Notes: a model not told the origin generated them from the letters alone. A stretch of DNA of 64,000 bases from Nitrososphaeraceae archaeon (GCA_035297365.1 DATGZA010000014.1:128001-192000); one strand, 5' to 3'; shown: positions 1 to 8,193, numbered from the stretch's first letter. Translations and numbers: made by a program.

Positions 1-28
1 TTTTTTTCGTTCACTTCTACTAAAGTAG

Positions 29-304
29 ATGCGCAAAATAGTTAGTACAGTAGAACTCTTTACAGAAGAGGATTTAATATTTCTTGAGAGAGTGGGACTC
101 GAAGTATCTGATTTTACTGATAAACAGATAAGAGAGATTAAACAACCATCGCCGGATGCACATGAAGAAAGAATTAAAGCCTGTATGGATATGAAAAATA
201 CAAATTTTATTGCTGGTGATATAGAATGTGTAACTTGGACACTTTCAGCAGAGGCAAGTTACAGGTTGGCACAATGGGCTATTCAGCAAACTCTTGATGA
301 ATAA
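29..304 (+). CDS. hypothetical protein (accessory region)
   Basis: 91-aa ORF with ATG start and ordinary protein composition; no motif recognised. Confidence 0.6.
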   Translation: MRKIVSTVELFTEEDLIFLERVGLEVSDFTDKQIREIKQPSPDAHEERIKACMDMKNTNFIAGDIECVTWTLSAEASYRLAQWAIQQTLDE

Positions 305-361
305 ATAAGATCATTCAGAATCCATCCAATGCCTAAAATTTGTTCGAATCAATTTTCCTAG

Positions 362-889
362 TCATTCATTAATGTATTCTTCTATGGATTCATATTTTTT
401 ATTCATTTCTGATGGTGTAGGGAATTTTGCTTCATATGAAATTCCTTCATTTAATTTATCGTACTGTTGTCTATCATAGTCACCTTCTATGCCTAGTAAA
501 GAACATGAAGCGAGCAAGCCGAGATGTCTATCACACACTAATAGTGCAAGTCCTACTGCCCCAGGACATTTCCATTCATTTTCTTTACCAGATTTGGAAA
601 TGAAAGTTACTGTATTATCCTTTATAACATAACCATCTTCGCCTATACAGTTTTCATGAATTAATTTTATCTGTCCACTCAATTTTTTATCCATTTCGGT
701 AAAATCTGATAACGACATTCTTAGCAATTTTTCATCTGCATCTTTTTGATCTATTGTAAAAGTTTCATGTGTTGCTTCGACTAACGTAATACTATTAGTT
801 TGAAGTACAAATGAAAATAATATAAAAAATACAAATATTACTATTGAATTTAGACAGAAATAAAACATAAATAATAAAAATTGAGACAT
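362..889 (-). CDS. hypothetical secreted or membrane-anchored protein
   Basis: Hydrophobic N-terminal ~30 aa followed by a soluble Cys-containing domain. Confidence 0.6.
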   Translation of the reverse strand: MSQFLLFMFYFCLNSIVIFVFFILFSFVLQTNSITLVEATHETFTIDQKDADEKLLRMSLSDFTEMDKKLSGQIKLIHENCIGEDGYVIKDNTVTFISKSGKENEWKCPGAVGLALLVCDRHLGLLASCSLLGIEGDYDRQQYDKLNEGISYEAKFPTPSEMNKKYESIEEYINE

Positions 890-1115
890 GCTATTATATT
901 AAAATATCTGTAACTTGTAATTTTTTTCAGGTTAATTAAATATCCATGAAATATATTAATCATTCTCATTACTGGTTAATTTATCGACTTCGATTTTATT
1001 ATTAAGTCTGGAAGTTATAAGACATCAAAGTTTTGCTAGTGTATTATTAGTTTGAAGATATTTAGAATCCAATTTAATGACATAAATCAATAAACATTGT
1101 AAAAACCAACATAAT

Positions 1116-1550
1116 TTAAAGTGGTACTATAATCCTTTGTGGTTCTCCAGATGCAGTTGGAGTTGAATAGGCTATATTACATTTAATAGATTGACTGAAA
1201 CTTTGAGTACCTAGTTCTATGACACAAGCATAAATTTCAGATCCTGGTTCCACAGGTTCATTCATAGTAATTGCAACATCTATCATTTTATCTGGAGAAA
1301 AAGATTCTTCCTGTCCTGCTTGAATAACTGCTTTGGAAACATCAACTTTTTTTACTTGAACCTCGTTTTCACTGCTCAAAAGTGCAATTAGATTAGTCTC
1401 TGTAAATGATGATATTTCTCTTATGTTTATAATGAAGTTATTAAGGCTTGTAGTAGTTTGATTAACTTCCTGACCATAAATATTTGGCACTGTCATGCCA
1501 GAAACGAAGGTTAATACCGCACAAATGATTGGAAAAATTATTATTTTCAT
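1116..1550 (-). CDS. hypothetical secreted protein
   Basis: Signal-peptide-like N-terminus MKIIIFPIICAVLTFVSG...IYGQ; beta-rich body with two Cys. Confidence 0.7.
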   Translation of the reverse strand: MKIIIFPIICAVLTFVSGMTVPNIYGQEVNQTTTSLNNFIINIREISSFTETNLIALLSSENEVQVKKVDVSKAVIQAGQEESFSPDKMIDVAITMNEPVEPGSEIYACVIELGTQSFSQSIKCNIAYSTPTASGEPQRIIVPL

Positions 1551-1710
1551 CTAAAATCTGAATCTAATCCAATCTTTTAAGGATATCGAAAAAATTGAGT
1601 TTCAATTATTTATGTTATATTTGCGATACTCTTATGCAATTATTTGGTAGTAGACATTATAATAATATAGGTACAAAAATAGGATAAATATTTTTAGTTA
1701 TTATTTTACA

Positions 1711-1917
1711 TTAATATTCTTTCGTTCGCATCCAAAAATGACCGTTAGTACAGCAAAAACTTTCCTCTAAGGGGGGTACGTAATCAGATTTTACATAATT
1801 ACCATTTTCATCATAATGTCCTCCAATTGTTTGAAAATAAGTCCTCCAATCAATAGGATATACAAGACTTTTTAAACCAAGTTGTTTACACGTATTACAA
1901 ATAACTTTATCTTCCAT
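1711..1917 (-). CDS. small Zn-finger protein, virus-like
   Basis: CNTC near the N-terminus and CCTNGHFW near the C-terminus. Confidence 0.7.
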   Translation of the reverse strand: MEDKVICNTCKQLGLKSLVYPIDWRTYFQTIGGHYDENGNYVKSDYVPPLEESFCCTNGHFWMRTKEY

Positions 1918-1984
1918 AATTCGTTATAACTATCGCTAATATATTAGGTAATTGCTTTATCGAGGGATAGAATATAGTTTAATA

Positions 1985-2071
1985 CTAAATTTCTGAAACT
2001 TCCTCTTCATCCTCTTCAATATCATTATCATTTTGAATATTAGTATTATCATAAGTAGTAGAAGAACTCAT
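1985..2071 (-). CDS. 28-aa acidic micro-ORF (MSSSTTYDNTNIQNDNDIEEDEEEVSEI)
   Basis: Manual translation; ATG lies 2 nt after the TAG of the upstream Zn-ribbon ORF. Confidence 0.35.
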   Translation of the reverse strand: MSSSTTYDNTNIQNDNDIEEDEEEVSEI

Positions 2072-2073
2072 TT

Positions 2074-2253
2074 CTAGTTGTAAGATTTGGTATTCTCCAG
2101 ACTTGTATAAGTTATCGGAGGTGTAGTTTTATAATTAAATCTGATACCACAAACTGGACAGATTGTAGATAGCATATAATCGTTGTAAGAGTCAGTTTCT
2201 ATGATTTCGTTACATTTTGGACATATAGTGAAAGGTTTGCTAGGATTGGTCAT
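2074..2253 (-). CDS. small Zn-ribbon protein
   Basis: CPKC...CPVC; start moved to ATG 2253 (MTNPSK), the position matching the ATG at 2971 in the second cassette. Confidence 0.65.
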   Translation of the reverse strand: MTNPSKPFTICPKCNEIIETDSYNDYMLSTICPVCGIRFNYKTTPPITYTSLENTKSYN

Positions 2254-2452
2254 TTCTGTTTCTTCCCTTACTATCATAAAAATCCAGTAGTCTATTCATT
2301 ATCTCGTCAACAGATTCTACTTTCCCATATCATACACTGTTTCCCTTCATTCTTTCAAAAGTCTCATTTTCTATCTGAATTAATTTCCCTTCTTTTATTT
2401 CCTCTACAACTCTACCCAACCAGCCGCCACGTAACGGACCACGACCACCCAT
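2240..2452 (-). pseudogene. RHH/CopG-like DNA-binding protein gene, copy 1, with in-frame TGA at 2332-2330
   Basis: Manual translation MGGRGPLRGGWLGRVVEEIKEGKLIQIENETFERMKGNSV*YGKVESVDEIMNRLLDFYDSKGRNRNDQS; beta-strand/helix/ES.DEI..RLLD pattern typical of archaeal RHH proteins. Confidence 0.7.
2265..2370. repeat. 106-bp perfect direct repeat, copy 1 (partner 2984-3089)
   Basis: Base-by-base identity at offset 719; imperfect similarity extends over about 2249-2490 vs 2967-3200. Confidence 0.95.
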
Positions 2453-2545
2453 ACAAAGAAAATAAAAGAAGATTAGAATAAAAGTATATTTAAAAAATTA
2501 TATTGCATATAAAAAAAATATTAAATATTTAATAAAATTGAAATT

Positions 2546-2971
2546 TTATTTAACATCTGATAGGTCATTTTTGATTTTGATCATATCAATACACTTTCTA
2601 ACCACAATATCAGAGAAGTAATCTTCTTCTATCGCTTTATCATTAAAATGACCTGTTTTATCTAATTCAGCGAAAACTTCCAACAATAATTTTCTGCCCA
2701 AATCAGTATATTTATAGAATTTACCCCTACCTTCTTTCGCATCTTTCAGAGAAGCTGCTATACAATACCAACGACATTTTTCATCAATGTATATTCTTCT
2801 ACTACCTTCCTTACCGCCCTGTTCGAATACAAATTCAATTACCTTATTACGCTTAGGGTCCAGAATTATTACCTGACCTTCTTCATCCAGAATTACCTTA
2901 CCTTCTTCATACAGAATTACCTTACCTTCTTCATCGTTATTGTTATTATTGTCGTTGTCTCTAGTAGTCAT
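2546..2971 (-). CDS. hypothetical acidic protein with N-terminal 8-aa repeats
   Basis: 141 aa with EEGKVIL-like repeats x3; its ATG overlaps the TGA of the upstream RHH-like frame (ATGA). Confidence 0.7.
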   Translation of the reverse strand: MTTRDNDNNNNNDEEGKVILYEEGKVILDEEGQVIILDPKRNKVIEFVFEQGGKEGSRRIYIDEKCRWYCIAASLKDAKEGRGKFYKYTDLGRKLLLEVFAELDKTGHFNDKAIEEDYFSDIVVRKCIDMIKIKNDLSDVK

Positions 2972-3168
2972 TTCTGTGATTTCCCCTTACTATCATAAAA
3001 ATCCAGTAGTCTATTCATTATCTCGTCAACAGATTCTACTTTCCCATATCATACACTGTTTCCCTTCATTCTTTCAAAAGTCTCATTTTGTATCCTAAAT
3101 AATTTTACATTTTTTGTTTCCCCAACTCTACGCAACCAACCCCCACGTACTACTACAGGACTCCCCAT
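2968..3168 (-). pseudogene. RHH/CopG-like DNA-binding protein gene, copy 2, with in-frame TGA at 3051-3049
   Basis: Manual translation MGSPVVVRGGWLRRVGETKNVKLFRIQNETFERMKGNSV*YGKVESVDEIMNRLLDFYDSKGKSQK; final stop overlaps the next ATG. Confidence 0.7.
2984..3089. repeat. 106-bp perfect direct repeat, copy 2
   Basis: Identical to 2265-2370. Confidence 0.95.
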
Positions 3169-3267
3169 TAAATAAAACAAAAGAAGATTACGATAAATAT
3201 TTTTAGTTAATTACTATTTATTTCTAAATTCAGAAAATAAATACTAAAAAGTGGGGTCGGAGTACTC

Positions 3268-3408
3268 GTGACACCCTGGAGAGACAAACAACAACAACAA
3301 GAAAAGGAATCTATCAGAACCCTAAACGATATAGAGATGGCAGAAATCGAGGCAGAGGACTATAGAACCCAGCGACTAACCTACATGGAAGACGATTATT
3401 CCTTTTAG
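3268..3408 (+). CDS. 46-aa acidic hypothetical protein
   Basis: Manual translation from GTG: MTPWRDKQQQQEKESIRTLNDIEMAEIEAEDYRTQRLTYMEDDYSF; GC higher than flanks; ends 19 nt before the next gene. Confidence 0.45.
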   Translation: MTPWRDKQQQQEKESIRTLNDIEMAEIEAEDYRTQRLTYMEDDYSF

Positions 3409-3427
3409 TTACCAGTGAATTGCCACA

Positions 3428-3670
3428 ATGGGAAGACGTAGACTACATAGGCCCACACTGACAACGATCAACATTTCGGTAGATACTGCAGAGATAATAG
3501 CAAGGATCAAGCATAGCAGGGAAACACAAGACGGATTTATCCGTAGACTGTTAGCAGAATGGGATGACCTTAAAGACTACAGGCTGGACATGGACCAAGT
3601 TATCAAGGTTAAGGATAAGCAGATATTGACGCTGGAAAATGAACTGAGGGAAAAAATCAAATCCTTTTAA
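3428..3670 (+). CDS. RHH-like DNA-binding protein with C-terminal coiled coil
   Basis: TTINISVDTAEIIARIK..RETQDGFIRRLLAEW resembles archaeal RHH/antitoxin folds; heptad-like tail. Confidence 0.7.
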   Translation: MGRRRLHRPTLTTINISVDTAEIIARIKHSRETQDGFIRRLLAEWDDLKDYRLDMDQVIKVKDKQILTLENELREKIKSF

Positions 3671-3697
3671 TTTTATATTTATATTTTACTTTATTTT

Positions 3698-3903
3698 AAT
3701 TAATTAATTAATCTATTATTTTTCAAGTACGCAATTTATTATTTTTTGTATATTATAAAATAAGTTTATTAATGTGTCTAGATTTATATGATCTTAGGTC
3801 CTATTCCATAGTCTACTATGGAGTAAGAGTAAGAGTCTTCAGTTTCTATCTATCTATTTTAATATAATTATTCAATAATAAAAAATAGATTAATTAATTA
3901 ATT
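3698..3903. repeat. 20-bp inverted repeat pair (3698-3717 / 3884-3903) enclosing an 18-bp palindrome (3805-3822)
   Basis: AATTAATTAATTAATCTATT / AATAGATTAATTAATTAATT; TCCATAGT-CT-ACTATGGA. Confidence 0.7.
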
Positions 3904-3909
3904 TATTAC

Positions 3910-4435
3910 TCTAGCGATATTCTGAAATGTAAAATCAGGATTTTCAGTAATGCCGGAGTAGAAAGTGGTTGACAACACTTTCTTCGTTCCGGACTAAGTC
4001 GCGAGTCACAAATTATGAAGTCGGTAATGTAATTACGATAAAGTCGTTTATCTTCATTTATAATAGGAAATATTTAGATGTATATAGATCTAAATATCCA
4101 TTTGACGTATTACCGTCATTAGTCAAACGGATTGCTCTAGCGATATATTTGACTGGAACACTCATGCGATGCTAAAAGGTTATTCCTAGCACACTATCAA
4201 TGCCAATGAACGTTCTCAGATCTATTTTTGATGATTAATTTAATGATGGTAAAATCCTATCAAATCATAAAGATGATCAGACCTGATGATATGGTATTTA
4301 AGTTTGAAACATCAATCTTTTGACAAATACTTATTGCCAGCACACTATTGATAACAAGCGAGTTCAATGTAATTTGACTAACGATAGAAATCAAGGCCAA
4401 AAAAAAATAGACTTGATTCGTAATTTCCATTTTTT
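3910..4435 (+). ncRNA. candidate large structured ncRNA, family not recognised
   Basis: More than 12 nested or adjacent helices found by eye, several with G-U pairs valid only on the + strand; AT-rich promoter-like DNA upstream; hairpin and T-tract at the end; no convincing ORF. Confidence 0.55.
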
Positions 4436-4587
4436 AACTTGTTTTGTTATTTTATAATATTTTTATAACTAAAATTATAAACAAGTTATGTTTAGATTTA
4501 TAGAAAATAATTTCTATCCTTATAAAAGACGAGATACAAAATTAATATAATCTTGGATTAATATTTTTATGCTATTTGAATATGGAA

Positions 4588-6357
4588 TTATTTTGTAACT
4601 ATTAACATCAATACTATTATTCCAAATGTAACAACTAAGAATATCTTAGTCAAATCCATAGACTTATCTAAGGCCCTTGAATAATCTTGAAATTGACCAT
4701 TACCCATAACTTTAATTGATGTTTTGCTGTCTAATATCTCGTATTTTGCATTTTTGATTTTTTCTTGTGCTTCAGATAAGATATAAATAAAATATTTTGT
4801 TGCCTGTTCAAAACTTGTAATTTCTCCAAATGGAAAATATCCTTCGGAAGTCCTAAATCCTGAATTTTCATGAGTATCAGAGGTACAAATATCTAACAAT
4901 GTAATGTCCTTTTGTTCAAGATCCTTAATAATATGTTCTCGCAATCCGTTTTTCATATTATTTGAATCTATCCAACCAATAAAATATTGTTTATCATGAA
5001 TTTGAATCATAAATATGGATATTCCTGCTTTTCCTAGATCTTTATTATTTATGTCACTTTGGATTTCTCTTGTACTAGAATAACTTATTTTAAACTCCGA
5101 CTGAGGAGAATTTCTTAGATTTCTTAAGCAACTTTTTGCAGCATTTACCATATTATTTCTGCTTATTTCCTCTAGTTTTTTCCCCATAGCATTATGACTA
5201 TCTATTATTAAAATCTTGTCAAAACCAATTTCTTTTGAATATTTCTCTAATTCAATTAATATATTTTCGGGAACATCATCCATACCAACGGGTGAATTGG
5301 ATAAAATTATAAGAGGTACTTTTCCAAATGCAATTCCAGTACAAGTGGAACTTCCATTTGTTACCCTTATAGGCGTGGAACAAGTAGTTCCATTTTGGAT
5401 TATATTATATGTTGATAAAGATTCTAAATATTTTACAACCTCTTCATTAGATGGAATATTTAACGAATGATCCGAAACACTATGAAATACGATTGATTTA
5501 TAATCATAGTATTCCCAAATTCTAAACGATAAATTACTTCCTCCTATTGTCTTGAAGGGTCCTGGATGTATATCTGGTAATACTAAATTTATATTTTCGA
5601 AATCATCGCCAAACCTAACAATTCTAGTAAATACCGATGCGTCTCTGGATTTAGATATCAGAATCTTTTCAATATCTTCAACTTTATTTTCTGTCCAGGC
5701 AGACATAAAAGCTTGTAAGAGAGAAAAAGTACTTTGAATATATGGACGACCTGATCTATCTACTAATATAGCCCATGCTATCCCTAAACCTAATATAATG
5801 AAGCCAAAACAAATGGGAATGGGGTCTGTCAGCTCCTTAAATGAATTTAACGGAGTTATGACAAAAAATAAGATGGAAGGTTGATATATTGCTGTTTTTA
5901 TTGCTTTTTTTAGGCCTGCTCCAAAAACTGATGTAAATATACCTATTCTTAACCCAATTGCTACCATCATACCTTCTATTATATGTCCAATAGGAATATT
6001 GTCTTTGTTGAAGATCATGTATGAGACTATACCCAGAATTAAAATTGCCATCCAAAGAAGATTTGAAAATGCTGAAACATGGAGTACCTTGGAAAACTTG
6101 TTGACAGGCGTATCACGCAACAAATAAAAATCTAAAAAATAACTACAAATTAAAAAAGTTAAACCCAATATAGAATAAATGATAATATGAGCTGAATCCT
6201 GTAGAAAATAAATTTCTGTTAATATAATAATTAACAGTGAGCTAATTATAGATATTGTTAAGGAAATCTTATAAGATGAAAAGTTTATTCTTATGAAAGA
6301 CCATCTTTTGTGGATATTAGAAACACTATCATGGTCCTCTCCCATTAGATGAGCCAC
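4588..6357 (-). CDS. DUF2070 family membrane protein
   Basis: Multi-TM N-terminal half; IHPGPF, HSLN, DSHN, TSDTH motifs; downstream of Sec61beta. Confidence 0.85.
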   Translation of the reverse strand: MAHLMGEDHDSVSNIHKRWSFIRINFSSYKISLTISIISSLLIIILTEIYFLQDSAHIIIYSILGLTFLICSYFLDFYLLRDTPVNKFSKVLHVSAFSNLLWMAILILGIVSYMIFNKDNIPIGHIIEGMMVAIGLRIGIFTSVFGAGLKKAIKTAIYQPSILFFVITPLNSFKELTDPIPICFGFIILGLGIAWAILVDRSGRPYIQSTFSLLQAFMSAWTENKVEDIEKILISKSRDASVFTRIVRFGDDFENINLVLPDIHPGPFKTIGGSNLSFRIWEYYDYKSIVFHSVSDHSLNIPSNEEVVKYLESLSTYNIIQNGTTCSTPIRVTNGSSTCTGIAFGKVPLIILSNSPVGMDDVPENILIELEKYSKEIGFDKILIIDSHNAMGKKLEEISRNNMVNAAKSCLRNLRNSPQSEFKISYSSTREIQSDINNKDLGKAGISIFMIQIHDKQYFIGWIDSNNMKNGLREHIIKDLEQKDITLLDICTSDTHENSGFRTSEGYFPFGEITSFEQATKYFIYILSEAQEKIKNAKYEILDSKTSIKVMGNGQFQDYSRALDKSMDLTKIFLVVTFGIIVLMLIVTK

Positions 6358-6359
6358 TA

Positions 6360-6527
6360 TTATACAGGAAATATGACCCTGATCAATATAGAAATTGCTA
6401 TTAACCCTCCGGTAACCCCGAGAACTATTTCTGGTTTTACCTTGACTCCTTTAGTCTCATCCTCAAAAAATCTTAATAATCCTGCGCTAGAAGCTGGTAA
6501 TGGTGCATTCTTCTTTTTACTACTCAA
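6360..6527 (-). CDS. secG: preprotein translocase subunit Sec61beta
   Basis: PASSAGLLRFFEDETKGVKVKPE followed by one TM helix; probable TTG start at 6527. Confidence 0.93.
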   Translation of the reverse strand: MSSKKKNAPLPASSAGLLRFFEDETKGVKVKPEIVLGVTGGLIAISILIRVIFPV

Positions 6528-6829
6528 TTCGATAAACTTCAGCACATTATTACTTAAATACATATCGTTTTATCTAAAGACTACGAGAGATTCCAATTTG
6601 AAATTATAGCTAATATGATTTTGTTAGTCTTTTAAAAGATCAAAACTAAAACTAAAATAGAGAATATTTGAATATTTGAATAACCATCCGCAAGAAATTA
6701 AATATTTTCAATTCTTACTTTTGTTTCAGATTGCTTTATATACACCACAAATACGTTAGATTTAATATCTGTACTTTTTACTTGGGAACGCTTAATAAGA
6801 AGATATGAAAAAGAATAGGTAAATAAAAT

Positions 6830-7138
6830 ATGGCGGTTATTTGTAAAAAATGTGGATTACCTGATGATTTATGCCCGTGTGGTGAACTAGAAAAAGAAGA
6901 AACAAGAATCATAATCCGCCTAGAAACAAGAAGATTTTCAAAGACTACTACTTTGATTGAAGGAATTGATCCTAAAATAACCAATATGCAAAATATTGTA
7001 AAAGAATTAAAAAGTCAATTTGCTTGTGGTGGTACAGCAAAAGATGGGTTCATAATGTTACAGGGGGATCATAGAGATGATGTTAAAGGATATCTAATAA
7101 AAAAAGGATTTAATGAAGAGGCAATAGAAGTTCAATAA
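6830..7138 (+). CDS. sui1: translation initiation factor aIF1 (SUI1)
   Basis: CKKCGLPDDLC and LKSQFACGGT..LQGDHR. Confidence 0.95.
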   Translation: MAVICKKCGLPDDLCPCGELEKEETRIIIRLETRRFSKTTTLIEGIDPKITNMQNIVKELKSQFACGGTAKDGFIMLQGDHRDDVKGYLIKKGFNEEAIEVQ

Positions 7139-7278
7139 TTTGTGGAATTAACAATGAATTTTTTATAAAAACATCCATTTTACAAGATAGTTTATATGCT
7201 ATTATGGCAATATTTATATTGTAGAATAAAACATAAATAATACGGTTTAAGTTATTAAAAAGTTTTATGGTGAAATGA

Positions 7279-8193
7279 ATGGTTAAAGATATTTCGTTAT
7301 TTGGTGATCGTTGTCCTAGATGTGGTAAAGGTCCTATGGTTACCGATAATTCCACGGGTGAAATGTTTTGCGGCAATTGTGGTTTTGTAATCAATGAAAG
7401 AATTGAGGAAACCGGACCTGAATGGAGGGCTTTTTCTAAAGAAGAACATGAAGATAGAAGTAGAGCAGGAATTCCAACTTCCTTGGCGATGCATGATATG
7501 GGATTAGCCACAATAATCGGTCCTGTAGACAAGGATGCATCTGGAAAACCATTGTCTTCTTCTATGAAAAGCACAATTGAAAGGTTAAGAACTTGGGATA
7601 GTCGAAGTCAGGTACATGAACCGGTTGATCGTAACTTTAGACAGGCATTCAGTGAGTTAGATAGATTGAAAGATAAATTAGCTGTGGGTGATGCTGTTAT
7701 AGAAAAAGCAGCGTATGTGTATAGAAAAGCACTCGAAAAAGGCCTTGTTAGAGGAAGGTCGATTTCAGCATTAGTCGCAGCTGCATTGTATGCTGCTTGC
7801 CGTGATACAGAAACGCCCAGAACTTTAAAAGATATAGCAAACGCTAGTAATATCAAGAAAAAAGACGTTGCTAGGTGTTATAGATTATTAATCAGAGAGT
7901 TGGATTTACGTATGCCTGTTGTCGATCCGGTCAAATGTGTTGCAAGAATAGCAAGTAAGGCGGGATTATCAGAAAAAACAAAACGTAAGGCGTTAGAGAT
8001 ACTAAAGAAAGCAGAAGAAGGCAAGATTTCAGCCGGTAAAGATCCTATGGGACTAGCAGCTGCGGCTCTTTATGTAGCTTGTGTAATGAATGGTGAAAAT
8101 AAAACCCAAAAAGATGTAGCAGAAGCAGCTGGTGTTACAGAAGTGACAATCAGAAATAGATACAAGGGATTAAAAACACACTTAAAACTATAA
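7279..8193 (+). CDS. tfb: transcription initiation factor IIB
   Basis: CPRC..CGNC Zn ribbon, GPEWRAF, two cyclin repeats, GVTEVTIRNRYK. Confidence 0.98.
   Translation: MVKDISLFGDRCPRCGKGPMVTDNSTGEMFCGNCGFVINERIEETGPEWRAFSKEEHEDRSRAGIPTSLAMHDMGLATIIGPVDKDASGKPLSSSMKSTIERLRTWDSRSQVHEPVDRNFRQAFSELDRLKDKLAVGDAVIEKAAYVYRKALEKGLVRGRSISALVAAALYAACRDTETPRTLKDIANASNIKKKDVARCYRLLIRELDLRMPVVDPVKCVARIASKAGLSEKTKRKALEILKKAEEGKISAGKDPMGLAAAALYVACVMNGENKTQKDVAEAAGVTEVTIRNRYKGLKTHLKL

Noticed and set aside
2265-3089. Repeat pair as a CRISPR array or DGR template/variable region
   Set aside because: Only two 106-bp copies; no spacers, no adenine-specific differences, no cas or reverse transcriptase gene in the window
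3969-4175. 68-aa ORF in the track
   Set aside because: TTG start, no protein motif, and it lies wholly within the densely base-paired segment; likely incidental
3985-4250. Group I intron reading on the minus strand (GACUA/UAGUC P7-like pair)
   Set aside because: No bulged G-binding context, no P4/Q pairing, no host gene, and minus-strand helices would contain A-C mismatches
4469-4496. Xer/dif-like site TAAAATTATAA-ACAAG-TTATGTTTAGA
   Set aside because: Spacer is 5 bp rather than 6 and the context is extremely AT-rich
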